A stretch of 64,000 nt of DNA, taken from assembly GCA_951406725.2 (NCBI GenBank), contig OX597820.1, positions 112,034,001 to 112,098,000 of the forward strand, read 5' to 3'. The notes beneath the pieces were generated by a model. That model saw nothing but the letters and a program-made list of their open reading frames with translations. It had not been told where the DNA came from and searched no databases. The stretch comes from Octopus vulgaris (lineage: Eukaryota). A program made the position numbers and the translations under genes. Positions 1 to 12,018 of this stretch are shown piece after piece. The first letter of the stretch is position 1, and the number at the start of each line of letters is the position of its first letter.

Positions 1-54
1 ATTACTTACTACATTAATCCATTAATCTAATACAGTTTGGTAATCACTTTGCTG

Positions 55-1574
55 GACATAGTTAAATTCTTTGGTTACCTAATATTTGTAATTTTAGGGT
101 ATGAAAGGTAATTCTAATAATTATGAAACAGGCCGAGGCTAGGTTATCAGCAATTGATAACTCGAAGTTACCAGGTAACTATAAAATTTGGTGCTTGCAG
201 TTCAGCTTGTACCCGCAACTTGTGTGGCCACTTTTAATATACGAGGTAGCATTGTCATGAGTTGAAATCATTGAACAAAAATGTAATGTGTTCATTAGAA
301 AGTGGCTAGGCCTACCTCGTATGTTGAACAGTTCAGCTCTTTATCGTAAAAAAGGTTCGTTGCAGCTACCAATAGCATCAATAGTCGAAATATATAAAGT
401 GGGGAAGATATGGATGGTCATGATGCTGAGAGAATCGAAGGATATGGATATCAGGCGTAACCCACCAGAGGTGAAAACAGCCAGGAAGTGGAAAGCAGAA
501 GCAGAAACTGATGACATCTTGTCTTCTCTTATACACAGAGATATGGTGGGTGCAACGCAGAACCATCGGAAAGGACTTGGTTTTGGCGCAGATCAGTTCA
601 GACCATTTGCAAGCATGATGCGGAGTGAACGCAGATCTGTTGTTAGCAACAGCGTCAAAACAAGAGAAGCAGAGAGAAGAGAGCTTCATTTGATCCGATG
701 TTTTCATCAAGGTCAAATGACGAGATGGGAAGAACATGTTGTTGAGAGGAAGATAAGTTGGGATGAGGTATGGAAGTGGACATCTTGGCTGAGTTTCCTG
801 ATTCGTTCATCTTATGATGTTTTGCCATCACCTACGAATCTAGTAAGATGGAACGCCTCAGAGAATGACATCTGCAAATGTGGAAGGGTCGGTACACTGA
901 AACATATTCTTTCCAACTGTTCATTAGCATTGAACAGGTATACATGGAGACACAACTTGGTCCTTAAGGTTATCTTCAATGCTATAAAGAACCAAATTCA
1001 TCTCAACAACACTGAGAAAAAACTGTTAAAAGTACCATCTAGAGATTTCGTTACCTTCATGCAACCAGGTCAGCGGATCTGTTTCAAGAAGAAGATCAAG
1101 AAACTTCCTGTGAGAGATGAAAAGTGGAACAGCTATTGGGAGGTAACTGCAGATTTACCTGGGTGCCAGGTCTTCTTTCCCATCCCAATTACGAAAAAAC
1201 CAGACATTTTGATGTGGTGTGAAAGAAAGAAAGTTGTAAATATAGTCGAGTTAACGGTTCCTCATGAAGATAATATGGACGCCGCTCGGGCTCGAAAATT
1301 TAACCGTTATGTAAACCTCCTTGAGGAATGTGAAGACGCAAGCTGGAAAGCGGAACATTTTCCAATTGAAGTCGGATGTAGAGGGTTCGTTGGACACAGT
1401 TTGAGACGACTGTTGTTATCGCTAGGCCTAACTCATCGTGAAGTCAATACCACCATGACTGATATCCAATCTACAGTAGAGAAGGCTAGCCTCTGGATTT
1501 GGTTAAAAAGAGACGATAAGCGATGGCTAGAAGGATATTGTGCTTTATTTGATAACCAGCTCGACAGTAACTAA
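55..1574 (+). mobile_element. Hero-like non-LTR retrotransposon, 3' portion (RT thumb, CCHC knuckle, restriction-like endonuclease)
   Basis: LPGNYKIWCLQF...WPLLIYEV (in-frame TGA at 258-260), IRKWLGLPR, CKCGRVGTLKHILSNC, RYTWRHN, KPDI...ELTVPHEDN, PIEVGCRGF. Start is approximate. Confidence 0.85.
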
Positions 1575-2689
1575 CCAGATTTCTCATTCTTTGCTCCAAG
1601 TTTACTGTGTATGCGTGAAGGAAATATAAAGATCTTAAAATGGCTTGGTAAAGAATTGTACTTACCGATTCCGGAATATGTTATCAATCAATTCAATTGT
1701 GCTGTTTGACATTGGAGAAATAGCTTGCCGGATTAACCAGTGTTTGTCCTGAAATGAATGCATAACTTTCTAGAAGGAAAAATTCACTGAATTTACTATT
1801 GATGGTCAGTAACTGAAAAAAGTTTGCTTGGGCAGATTTTGTGCATTTGCAATCACCTGAACAGTTAAGGAAAACCTATAAGTCTCACATTCCATATAGG
1901 TTGTGCTCCAGCCTAGTCTGATACCACATAGAACATTCTATTGTGTAAAGTATTGGAAGTGCAGCAGTGTAAACTGTTTGAGTATGTTTAAAGATTCTGG
2001 CAATATCCGCAGTTAAAGGCAATCAAGATGGATTTTGTTTATGCAAGGTAGTAATGACAAAATTTAAGCCAGTTTTCTGAGATTTTGTTTTAATTTCTGT
2101 ATATGAATCATATTTGTCTAGACCAGAGAGGAGAAATTGTGATTGTAGTCATATTTTAGAATGATGAAGATATACCAGCAGCATGTCAGAAGTACACCCC
2201 ACATATCCAAAATCAAGACAGTGCAATGGAGGCTGACAAAATAGCAGTGAAATAGATAAGGTGGTAGGGTAGAAGATGCAATTTAAACTTTCTGAACTAT
2301 TGACATCATCTGAACTGTTCTCACAATGTTATCATCAGTTCAATCAGTTGAGGAGGTATACCTCACAGCACCAGAATCCTCCAAAGTACAACCCAGTCCA
2401 CTGAGTCAAATGCTTCTGATAGGAGCCCCTATCAGAAGTTCTGCTTGCATTCAATGAATTTATGAAGAGCCAGGATCCTATCAGTAGTTGACCTCTTTGG
2501 CATGAACCCCGACTGGTGAAACTGGTGGTATACTTACAGTCAATATTGTAAGTTAACACAATATTATTACTACTTATTTTGAGCTAGTAGATGTTTTAGT
2601 TATGTTGCTTCTTATGACAGCAAAAAATTCTTTATTTATGGCAAGATTCGATAGAAATGATCATATAACACTAATTCCTTGATACTTAC

Positions 2690-2854
2690 AGTGGAATGTT
2701 TATTGAAAGATTTATCTCTGGGAGCTTTGCGGGTGCTGAAGTTTTTACTGTACTGGGGTGCTGGGGTGAAAGGACTATGTGCAGCAGGGGTTGACAACAT
2801 CATAAAGAAAGGGTTACCCTTGTGTTCATTGATAAACTTGACTGCTCGATGGTT
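2690..2854 (-). CDS. GNS: N-acetylglucosamine-6-sulfatase exon ([35 protein letters not shown]...FNKHST)
   Basis: 165 nt, CAG/GTAAG boundaries; PFFMMxxTPAxHSP motif. The gene continues past the left edge of the window. Confidence 0.95.
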
Positions 2855-3049
2855 CTGAAGATAAAACAAAATCTCAGTTTAGCATTTCACAAAGCCAAGA
2901 GAGCAAAAAGATGATAAAATATGAGATAAACAGGAAGGAAAATGTAATGGACACTCTCAAAATAAGAAAGTGAATGACAATCAGTAAGTAAATGATTAAG
3001 AGCTCTTATTGCATGCATGATAAAGGAAATTAATAAATAAATATATATA

Positions 3050-4530
3050 TTAGACTACCCATGACCTGTAGCATGACCAATAGTTCAAGGTATCCGAAGA
3101 AACCATGTATCTAGGGAATCTGTGGTCCGATTTACATGGAACTTCTTTTATTCCGTGTGTATTCACATTTCAATGGTGTCCTTACTTTCAAAGCATTTCC
3201 CCCATTATATGCCGGTTTGGCTATTTATAAAGGTATCTGAGAAAACTGTGTATCTTGGTCTGATTGGTCTGATTTATGCAAAACTTGTTTTATTCCATTT
3301 GTATTCACATGAGCATCCAATTCACGACATCTGTTTTTGCCTCTTTCCCTCTGTTTCACCAGATGCTCAGCTCTCAAAGTGTCTGATTTCTGATCTCTCC
3401 TGCTTCTGTCTCTTTCCCTCCGTTCTGTCAGATGCTTAGCCCTTGATTTGTCAGTTTCATTGATCCTTCTATTTGCATTCCTGTCCTGATCTTGGCTAAA
3501 TATTTCGTAAAGGACCCATTCGTACTTCAGTGTAAAACAATTTTTTCCACAGGTTTTTTTCAAGTGCATTCAACATATCTCAACTCCAAAACCACTTTCT
3601 TCTGGAAAAGAAAGTGGGGATGGGCTGTGGGGACCTCGGAGTGTCCCAGGAAACTCTGAGTTTCTCACCTACAGAGTTTTGTTTCATCAGTTTTTTTTTC
3701 TTTTCCAGGTTATTTCACATGCTTTCAATGAATGTAACATCGAAATCATGTGTAAATGGCTCCTTTCTCCAGAAAAGGAAAGATTTAGCTGCTATTTCTT
3801 GCATGCTCTGCTACCACGTAATAGCTATTTCAGGTCCTTTATCGCCAAAAGCTGTTACGTGGTAGCAGGGCGTGCTAGAAATAACAGCCAAATCTTTGGA
3901 GGCGAGATATGTTGAATGCACTCCAAAAAAACTTATGGAAAAATATTATTTCACACTGAGTTTATGAACAGGTCTTTACGAAATATTTACTGTATTTTTA
4001 AAGTCATTTTCACTTTAAAATATCTTTTAAATATGCCAAAAAAATTTTTGTAATGGTATTAAATAATTTAAAAAACGTAAAAATATTGTCTGCTTAAAGA
4101 AAGCTAAAATATAAATACTTACTGTACAAACAGCTTACAGTTTTGAAATCACATTCACTTAAAAATATTTCTGAATGATTAAAATATGTTTACCAAAAGC
4201 AAAAATAGAAACATTTACTGTAAAAAATAATTCATATTTTTTCCTTGGCAAGTTAGTCACTAATGTGCCTAACCAAAAGGTTAGAGTTTCTTCCCTTTCA
4301 GGGTTAAGTTATTTTCAGAGTATTTTCCCATTATGCGCGGTTTTGGATATTTATACTGCAAAACCCCTAATATCTCAAGAACCACTTGTCCAATTTAAGC
4401 GAAACTTATTTCAATTCGTTTGTATTCATATTTCAGGGGAACCTTAATTCATAGTATATTCCCATTATGTGCCAGTTTGGCTGCGTGACATTGCAAGCAA
4501 GCAAGATTGAAATTCATTTTTAATGTATTG
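3050..4530 (-). mobile_element. Possible decayed non-autonomous Helitron-like element with internal repeats
   Basis: A related block (gtccgattta...aact...tgtattca) recurs near 3120, 3265 and 4385; the minus strand ends GGTCATGGGTAGTCTAA, resembling a Helitron 3' end. Confidence 0.3.
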
Positions 4531-5892
4531 TATTATCTATATATATATATACATACACACACATATATACATACATGTGTATATATTTGTATGCATATGT
4601 GTATATAAACACATACACACACGCATACAAACATATTGGACACTAAAAGATGATGATGATAATACACATATGAACAAACACACTTAAATGCATCCATATA
4701 CATGTGTACATACAGACATGCACATGATCTGCAAAATGAAGATAACCTTTTAGATCAGTCAATGATCTGTAGTATTTGCCAAAATTATTACACAGATACT
4801 TACTCTCCTTGACCTTGCTGATATTATCATACACATGTACATGGACTACATATTATTTTACCTTGCATGCATTCAAACAGCCATGTGCATATGTGTGTGT
4901 GTGCACATGCATGCATGTATGTCCACACATGTATGTGTGTGTGATCATCATGAACATTGTCATTCTTGTTTTAACTTCTACATTCCCATACCTGCATGGT
5001 TCAAATAAAATTCACTTGGCAGATTTTCTATCGTCAGATGATCTTCCTGTTTCTAATTTGTTGCTTGGCAGTTTATGAACAAGGTAATATTCCCTCTAAT
5101 CCTTTAAACATGAACAACACAATGGCTGGACATATTTTTATGCAAGATTGCAAATGAGCAGTACTATTTGTGTGATGATGACATTTGTTTACAATTAACA
5201 TGCAATGTCAAGCTAAGGGCACACATGATGGGCTTCATACAGTTTCTGCCTACCAAATCCATTAATAAGGATTGTGTTGACCCATGGCAACAGCAGAAGA
5301 CATTTGCTCAAAGTGCTACACAGTAGGATTGAACCTAAATCCCAAATGGATGTAAAGTGAGTTTCTTTGCCACACAGCCATGCCTACTATATGTGTTAGT
5401 GTGTGTAACTTATTTCTTGACACATACAAGATGTTATTTAACACCTACATAAATGACAATATTACACATTTAACTACACTACACCCATCCAATATCTTGT
5501 ACTCCCCGTCTCTCTCTCTCTCTCACCCTTTTTGTCCTCTTCCTCCTCTCTCTTGCCACTTACTCTCACCATTACCTAAATTCTATTTCCACTTCTAGTC
5601 CTACTTTCCTACTTCCTTTTAACACCAGGCCAGAAATGTAAACATGTAACAAGTGTTATCAGTTTTCTTTTCTCCTCCATCTCTTATTCCATTTACTTCT
5701 CTTGGCTAAATGGTAAATCTCAAAACTATAGATCCTCTTCTGTTCCTTCTAATTAGTGTAATTTGTGTGCACATTCTTTGATGGTTGTTGCTTTGTATTC
5801 TTTTTCTACATTTCTTCCATCACATGCACACACACACACACAAATATACATGCACAAGTGTATGTATGTGTATTTGTGAGTGTATATACATG

Positions 5893-5941
<49 letters not shown>

Positions 5942-6663
5942 ATGTATATATGTATGTATACTATGTAAATGGGTTGGCATTAGGAAGGGCATTTAGCCAT
6001 AAAACTATGCCAAAGCAGATATTGGGTCCTGTCAGTCTCCTAATGCATTAGATCCTGTCAAACTGTCCAACCTATGCCAGCACAGGAGATATTAATGATT
6101 ATGATGAACTGAATATATGTGTATGCAAATATGTTTATATATATGTATGTTGTATATATGCATGTATACATGAATACATATCTATGTGTAATTCTTTTTC
6201 TGCTGCACTTGCATTATTATTTCATAATGTTACGTTGTCCGATAGTTGAAAGATCCTTTCTGTTATTTATTTGTTTGTATTCATATATGTACAAAAAATT
6301 ATCTTCCTTCTATTGTATAGCCAAGAGGTGTTTTGTTGTATGTATATAATTCTAGCTTTCTCATCTTTGTTTCTGTTCCTGTTTTTTGTTCTTGTATACA
6401 TTTGTTTGTCTTTCCCAGAGGCTTAATGCTTTTAGCTTAAGTCCCTGGCACCTACCAGATTTGAGTAGTCTTGGAGATACGAGGGTGAAACTACAAGGAC
6501 TTTCCGGACACTGACTGATGAGGAAATCAGCTGCGAATGATCCATGTATCTTGCTTTTGTCATGTTAGTGGTTTGTTGTGCTGTCGTCTATTTTTCCATA
6601 TGTCATGTTTTGTTTGTTTTTGTGATCTTTCTCTCCTACCTTTGATTTTATATATATATCATT

Positions 6664-6698
<35 letters not shown>

Positions 6699-6859
6699 TG
6701 TGCATGTATATGTGTGTATGTAGAATATTTAATAGAGAATTAAATAATATAGGCTTGTTCATCCATGCACTTTATATGCCATAAAATTAACAAATTTTTT
6801 AAATATCTACTCAACAATTCTCAACTCATGGCAGTTATTGGGTTACACTAGGAGACTTG

Positions 6860-7230
6860 CTATGACATCAGCAAGACATCATTAAAATACTTACTATAAT
6901 ACCAATAAGATACACTGACAGCATTAAGATACTCACAATGACAGCGTTAAGATACTCACAATGATATTGTTAAGATACTTACAATGACAGCGTTAAGATA
7001 CATGTTAAGACATCATTAAGATACATGCCATGACATCGTTAAAATACTCACAATGACATAGTTAAAATACATGGTATGACTTCATTAAGATACACACTAT
7101 CACATTAAGATACATGCTATGATGTCATTAAGCACATTCTTAAGATACACGCTATGACATCATTAAGATACACGTTATGACATTGTTAAGATACATGCCA
7201 TGACATCGTTAAGATACTCACTATGATATC
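6860..7230. repeat. Degenerate ~23-bp minisatellite (TGACATCGTTAAGATACTCACAA-like) overlapping the GNS exon donor
   Basis: Roughly 15 diverged tandem units read directly; the rightmost unit contains the GTGAGTAT splice donor. Confidence 0.85.
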
Positions 7231-7320
7231 AGTAAGGTAGTCAATGCTGTAGTTACAGCCATGTTTTTCCAGTACACCATCTGTGGACATACTATAATTA
7301 TAGTATTTAGAATTGCCAAC
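7222..7320 (-). CDS. GNS: N-acetylglucosamine-6-sulfatase exon (VGNSKYYNYSMSTDGVLEKHGCNYSIDYLTDII)
   Basis: 99 nt, TAG acceptor and GTGAG donor; NSKYYNY and DYLTD motifs of GNS. Not in the ORF track. Confidence 0.95.
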
Positions 7321-8399
7321 CTAATCAAAGGAAAAAGAAAGAGATGTTCAGTTTTCAGTAAATAATCACCACCATCTTTACTAAAACCATCACAGTAACC
7401 TTGAATGAAGCTGCTACAATCCCACCTCCCAGGAGTTGACAGGTCCTTATTTTATCAACCTTGAAAGGATAAAAATTTTGCCAAATTTGAACTTAGAATC
7501 TTTCAGGGTATAACTACAAAATACAAAGCATTTCTCTATTCATTTAACCATCAACTCTTTATATAACATACTTGTGAGTATACCTTGGCACTTCACCATC
7601 TTTCTCTGCCTCCCTCTTACACTTTTGTTGTTTCCTACTCACTCTCTCTTTCCCTTGCTCTTCCCTCTGGCTGGGTAGCCATGTATTTCCTCTACAGCAG
7701 CACACCTATTTCTGCCCTCATTCTTAATCACTCTCTCTCTCTCTTCTTATCTTGCTTTTCTTCTGACTAGGTAACCAAGTATCTCCTTTACATCAGCGCA
7801 CCTGTTTTTGTCCTCTTTCTCATATCTCTCTCTCTCTCTTCCTTCCCCTCTCTCTTTCTCTTCTCTCTCACTGGGTAACCATCTACCCCCTCTATAGCAA
7901 GACACCTATTTCTGCCTCTCTATTTCTCAGTCACACTCTAACCTTTCATCATCTGATACTGAATCATCTCCTCCACTTCCCCCACCATTATAGCAAGACA
8001 CCTGTTTGTGTCTCTCTGTCACACTCTGACACAAGTTCCCCTCCAGAAATTCCCCTGCTCTTCTCATAATTCCTTGTCTTACAAGTTATTTGGTGACCCT
8101 GCCAGTGCTGGTACCACATAAAAAGCATCCAGCTCATGCTGTAAAGTGGTTGGCATTTGGAAGGGCATCCAGCTGTAAAAAAAATCATGCCAAAACTAAT
8201 CCCGCCTGTGTTAGTGCCACGTCAAAAGCACTTGACCCACTCTGCTAGGTGGTTGGTGTTAGGAAAGGCATCCAACCATAAAAATCCTGCCAAAGCAGAT
8301 ACAATAGCCTGGGGTAGTTTTCTACCTGGCCAGCTCCTGTCAACCATCCTACTCATGCATGCCTGAAAGATAGACATTAAATGATGATGATGATGATGA

Positions 8400-8695
8400 T
8401 ACAGTCTCAAATGAGAAAGTCACTATGAGAGGTACAGAGAAAATAGCAAAGTATCATGACCTAGCCATTAATTTACAGAAGCTATGAAAAGTACAGCTAG
8501 TTATAGGTGCATTAGGAACAATCCCTAAAAATTTGAACATATGGACAGAGAAAATAGGCATAAGGCCTAGTTTAGTTATTAGGGACAGCTATAGGATGGT
8601 TCTTAGCATCTAAAGGTTACTTGTAGCCTGATGATATGAATTTTTCTTTCTCAACAGTTTAATTTCTTGTGCGTGTATGAAATGATAATAATAAT
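8400..8695 (+). mobile_element. R4/Dong-like LINE 3' remnant with (TAA)n tail
   Basis: Translates to EKIAKYHDLAINLQKL...VIGALGTIPKNL; ends in ataataataat. Confidence 0.6.
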
Positions 8696-9085
8696 GGCTT
8701 AAAATTTTGGCACATGGCCAGCAAGTTGACTATGTAGACTCTTGTACTCGACTGTTACTTATTTTATCAACCTCCAAAGAATGAAAGGTAAAGTTGACCT
8801 CAGCAGAATTTGATCTTAGAACACAAAGACGGAGGAAATGCTGCTAATAATTCTGCTAGCTCACTGCCGTTAGAATAATAATGGTTTCAAATTTTGGCAC
8901 AAGGCCAACCAGTTCAGGGTATGGGGTAAGTCAATTACAGTGACCTTAGTGATCAACTGGTACTTATTTTATTGATCCTGAAAGGACGAAAGGCAAAGTC
9001 GACCTCGTTGGAATTTGAACTAAGACAGACGAAATGCCGCTATGCATTTTGCCTGGCATGCTAACAATTGTGCCAGCTTGCTCCA
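8695..9085 (-). mobile_element. Two tandem tRNA-derived SINE copies
   Basis: Both match the reverse complement of the SINE at 21760-21986 (aaaggcaaagtcgacctc...gaatttgaac). Confidence 0.7.
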
Positions 9086-9094
9086 ATAATAGAC

Positions 9095-9825
9095 TTAAAA
9101 GATTGTTGGGAAGGCCAAACATGAAATAAATGGTCTGATCTCAACAGTGTGGATATCCAGTAATTATACTGGGATGGAAGTTGGGAATAAAAAGTGTGGT
9201 ATGCTTATAATACAAAAAAGCAGAGTAGTATCAACTGATGGTGTAGAACTACCCAACAGTGACAAAATTTGAGACCGGTGGATATAAATATCTGGGTATT
9301 TTGGAGTATGGCAAAACCAAGGAGAGTGAGATGAAGGAAAGCTAATTGATGCTCAGAGACCAGACATTGTTGAAGTAAATAAAAGAGAAAGGAAACCAAG
9401 ATCATAGATATTGCCAAACCTGTGGATGCATGTGTAGATAACAAAGAGCTGGAAAAGATGGGGGAAATGCAGACTACTAAAAGATGAAATAGCAAGAATG
9501 TGGGCAATGAAATGAGTAACAGTAATTGTAGGGGTACTTGGAACACTAACAATCAGGTTCAAGAAATATGTCAGAGAAATTGGAATTGACATGAGGGCAG
9601 AGCAAGCCCCCAAAGCTGCTCTATTGGGAGATAGCTAGGAGTTTGAGATTGATGCTTGGGTGTTAGGTGTCCTCTGTAATGAGTTAGCATCCAAGTACCG
9701 AAGCTTATAATATGTGAAAAGAGACCCTGTGAGAACCTCTGGCAACAGGTTGCTGTCTGTTCTCACAAAACCAATCAGAGCAAGTAAGACCGAGAGCTCT
9801 GAGAAGTAAAATAATAACGATAATA
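9095..9825 (+). mobile_element. R4/Dong-like LINE endonuclease remnant
   Basis: Frameshifted IDAQRPDIV and VTVIVGVLGT motifs; A/TAA-rich 3' end. Confidence 0.6.
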
Positions 9826-10566
9826 AACTGTCTGTGCTAATCATAGACATTATAACATACACTATCAATCTTAACTACTTGAGCCTCTATGTGGTACGTA
9901 GCTCAGCATGTTAGAAATAAAAATCAGATCTCCCTCAAATCAAACCATAACATTTTAAATAAACCATACCTGGTAAAACAAAAAAAATAAAATTAGCATG
10001 ACTAGAATACTTTTTGATTATTGGTCTGCTTATGCAAGTCAGTTATAACTGAAAAGGTTTATGATCAATGATATTTCAATCCTAACCATTCCATACTTTC
10101 CTTGGTTATTGTATATTTACTACTTCACTATGCAGTGTGCCCCTCTTTTCTGAAAATGTTAGGGCATAATTTGAAATGTAATTTGCCTGCTATTTCTACC
10201 AGTTCAAGTGGCCATCATAGAAGCTCTCTTTGGTTTGTAAAGCATTAAAATATAATCCAGGATGAAGAAGGAATGAGTGCGTATATTAGGGAGTGATTGT
10301 GAGTGATGGATGGTCTGAAGAAAGCACAGCTCAATGATGAATAAATAGATATAAAGGACATTAAGAGTTTATAAAAGCTTGCCTGTCAATTTTTTCCAGT
10401 GGATTTATTGTGTGTAAAGATAATGATGGTGGAAAATAATTAAAACAGTTTCACTAGATTATTGTGTCTATCATAAATAAAGACTTTCAAATAACACAAT
10501 ACCAAAATGAAATCACGTTAGATTTAAGGATTAACAAATCAAAGGTAATCTGTTAACTTGTCTTAC

Positions 10567-10632
10567 CAAGCCATTCCATGAGGTCCATCCAGGAGGGATA
10601 TGCTTCACACCACCAGCATGCTTTTTGCCATA
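10567..10632 (-). CDS. GNS: N-acetylglucosamine-6-sulfatase exon (YGKKHAGGVKHIPPGWTSWNGL)
   Basis: 66 nt, CAG/GTAAG boundaries; matches GNS [22 protein letters not shown]. Confidence 0.95.
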
Positions 10633-10849
10633 CTGCAATGGAGAAAGAGACCAAATTATATAACAATAACAAGAAAAAATAAAACTATAAGTTGCAGAGA
10701 TGATAAAATCTCCGTGAAAAAAACACATAAAATCAGAAATCCATCTATGTAAAGGTATTGCTATGGATACAGAATTTAATTTCACTGTAGATTCTTGTGA
10801 CATAGATACAGTAAATTGTGTGGTATAAATAGACACAGTAAACTTTTAT

Positions 10850-11205
10850 GTTGCTGCAGTAACAGGGTAAAAAGGTAAAGACTCCCCTTCCGTTATGAAT
10901 GACCATGGGATTGCACCTAGAAAGTTTCCCTGAGGCACCAGTCTGGGCAAGACTGTTTATGGAAGACCAGCAGTTGCCCATGCATACCAGCCTCCCCTAT
11001 TCATGCCACCAGTGTTACCCAAGGGAAAGACAAAAGCTGATACAGCTTGGCACCAGTGACATCACAACTCATTTCTACAGCTAAGTGAACTGGAGCAACA
11101 TGAAATAAAGTGTCTTGCTTAAGAACACAATGCACTACCCTGTTTGGGAATTTGAACTCACTACCTCATGGTTGTGAGCCTGACACTTTAACCACTGAGT
11201 CATGC
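10850..11205 (-). mobile_element. SINE (tRNA-like head at the right end)
   Basis: Ends in gaactc...ttaaccactgagtcatg (reverse-complement A/B boxes); a related partial copy lies at ~58770-58910. Confidence 0.55.
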
Positions 11206-11398
11206 TGCAGTAACAACCATCACGTTTTTATAATTTTTGATAGAATGCATTCAATATCAAACTTTTGGATTTTAAGGATCCAACATTACACTAATTACCA
11301 TCAATACAACTTGTACCTAAACTTAACCATTACAATAACAATATCGTTTTAGAATAACTAAACAAAAAAAAAATCCTATTAAGTAAAATAACTCTCAC

Positions 11399-11602
11399 CT
11401 GATTCAAATATTTCCCTGCAAAAAATGTCTTGTAGCCATTTTGATTCAATTTCACCGGGAAGGCTGTTGGTTCAACATATTTCTGCCACAATGCACTACT
11501 GCAGTTACCAGACAAAGAATTGTTCAAAACTCTGTGGTTGTGGGTATACTTACCAGTTAAAAAACTTGACCGACTTGGACAACAGAGAGGACTAGTGACA
11601 AA
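11399..11602 (-). CDS. GNS: N-acetylglucosamine-6-sulfatase, catalytic exon ([23 protein letters not shown]...[13 protein letters not shown])
   Basis: 204 nt, CAG/GTGAG boundaries; sulfatase signature CxPSR plus LTGK and [12 protein letters not shown]. Confidence 0.97.
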
Positions 11603-11671
11603 CTGCAAAAAGTTAAAAGTGCAAGTGAATATCAGAATATTATCATTACAAATAAGTATGAACAATTACAG

Positions 11672-12018
11672 TTAACAGGTTTGTGTACACTAAAAAACAT
11701 GGAAAGACCTTCACAGAGGAAATTGTCTCAAGAGATATTCTCCTTATAAGCAATAAAAACACACTACTAGGTTATGAAGTTAATGGACCATAGGACATGT
11801 GCTTCTGTGTTACCATGCTTATTAGCTATAGACTCACTCCATGTCTGTAGCTGATGAAGCATAATGCAGTGGAAATAGATGTCTTGCAGTCCAATAATGT
11901 CACTCATGACCCAGTGATATATTTTTCATACACATTGTCAATCAGGAGAATTTTTCTCTTGAGATAATTTCCACAGTGAATGTCTTTCCATGTTTTTGAG
12001 TGTACAAAAACATGTTAA
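11672..12018. repeat. ~350-bp imperfect palindrome with decayed hammerhead motifs
   Basis: Arms ttaacaggtttgtgtacac...ttctcct and aggagaa...gtgtacaaaaacatgttaa are reverse complements; CTGATGA at 11851, GAAA at 11872, GTC at 11881. Confidence 0.8.

Noticed and set aside
6505-6572. CTGATGA with possible stem I (CACTGA/TTAGTG)
   Set aside because: No GAAA core segment at a usable position; at best a heavily decayed pLTR.
6860-7230. CRISPR-like appearance of regularly spaced repeats
   Set aside because: Units are contiguous with no unique spacers, there are no cas genes, and the context is a eukaryotic intron.
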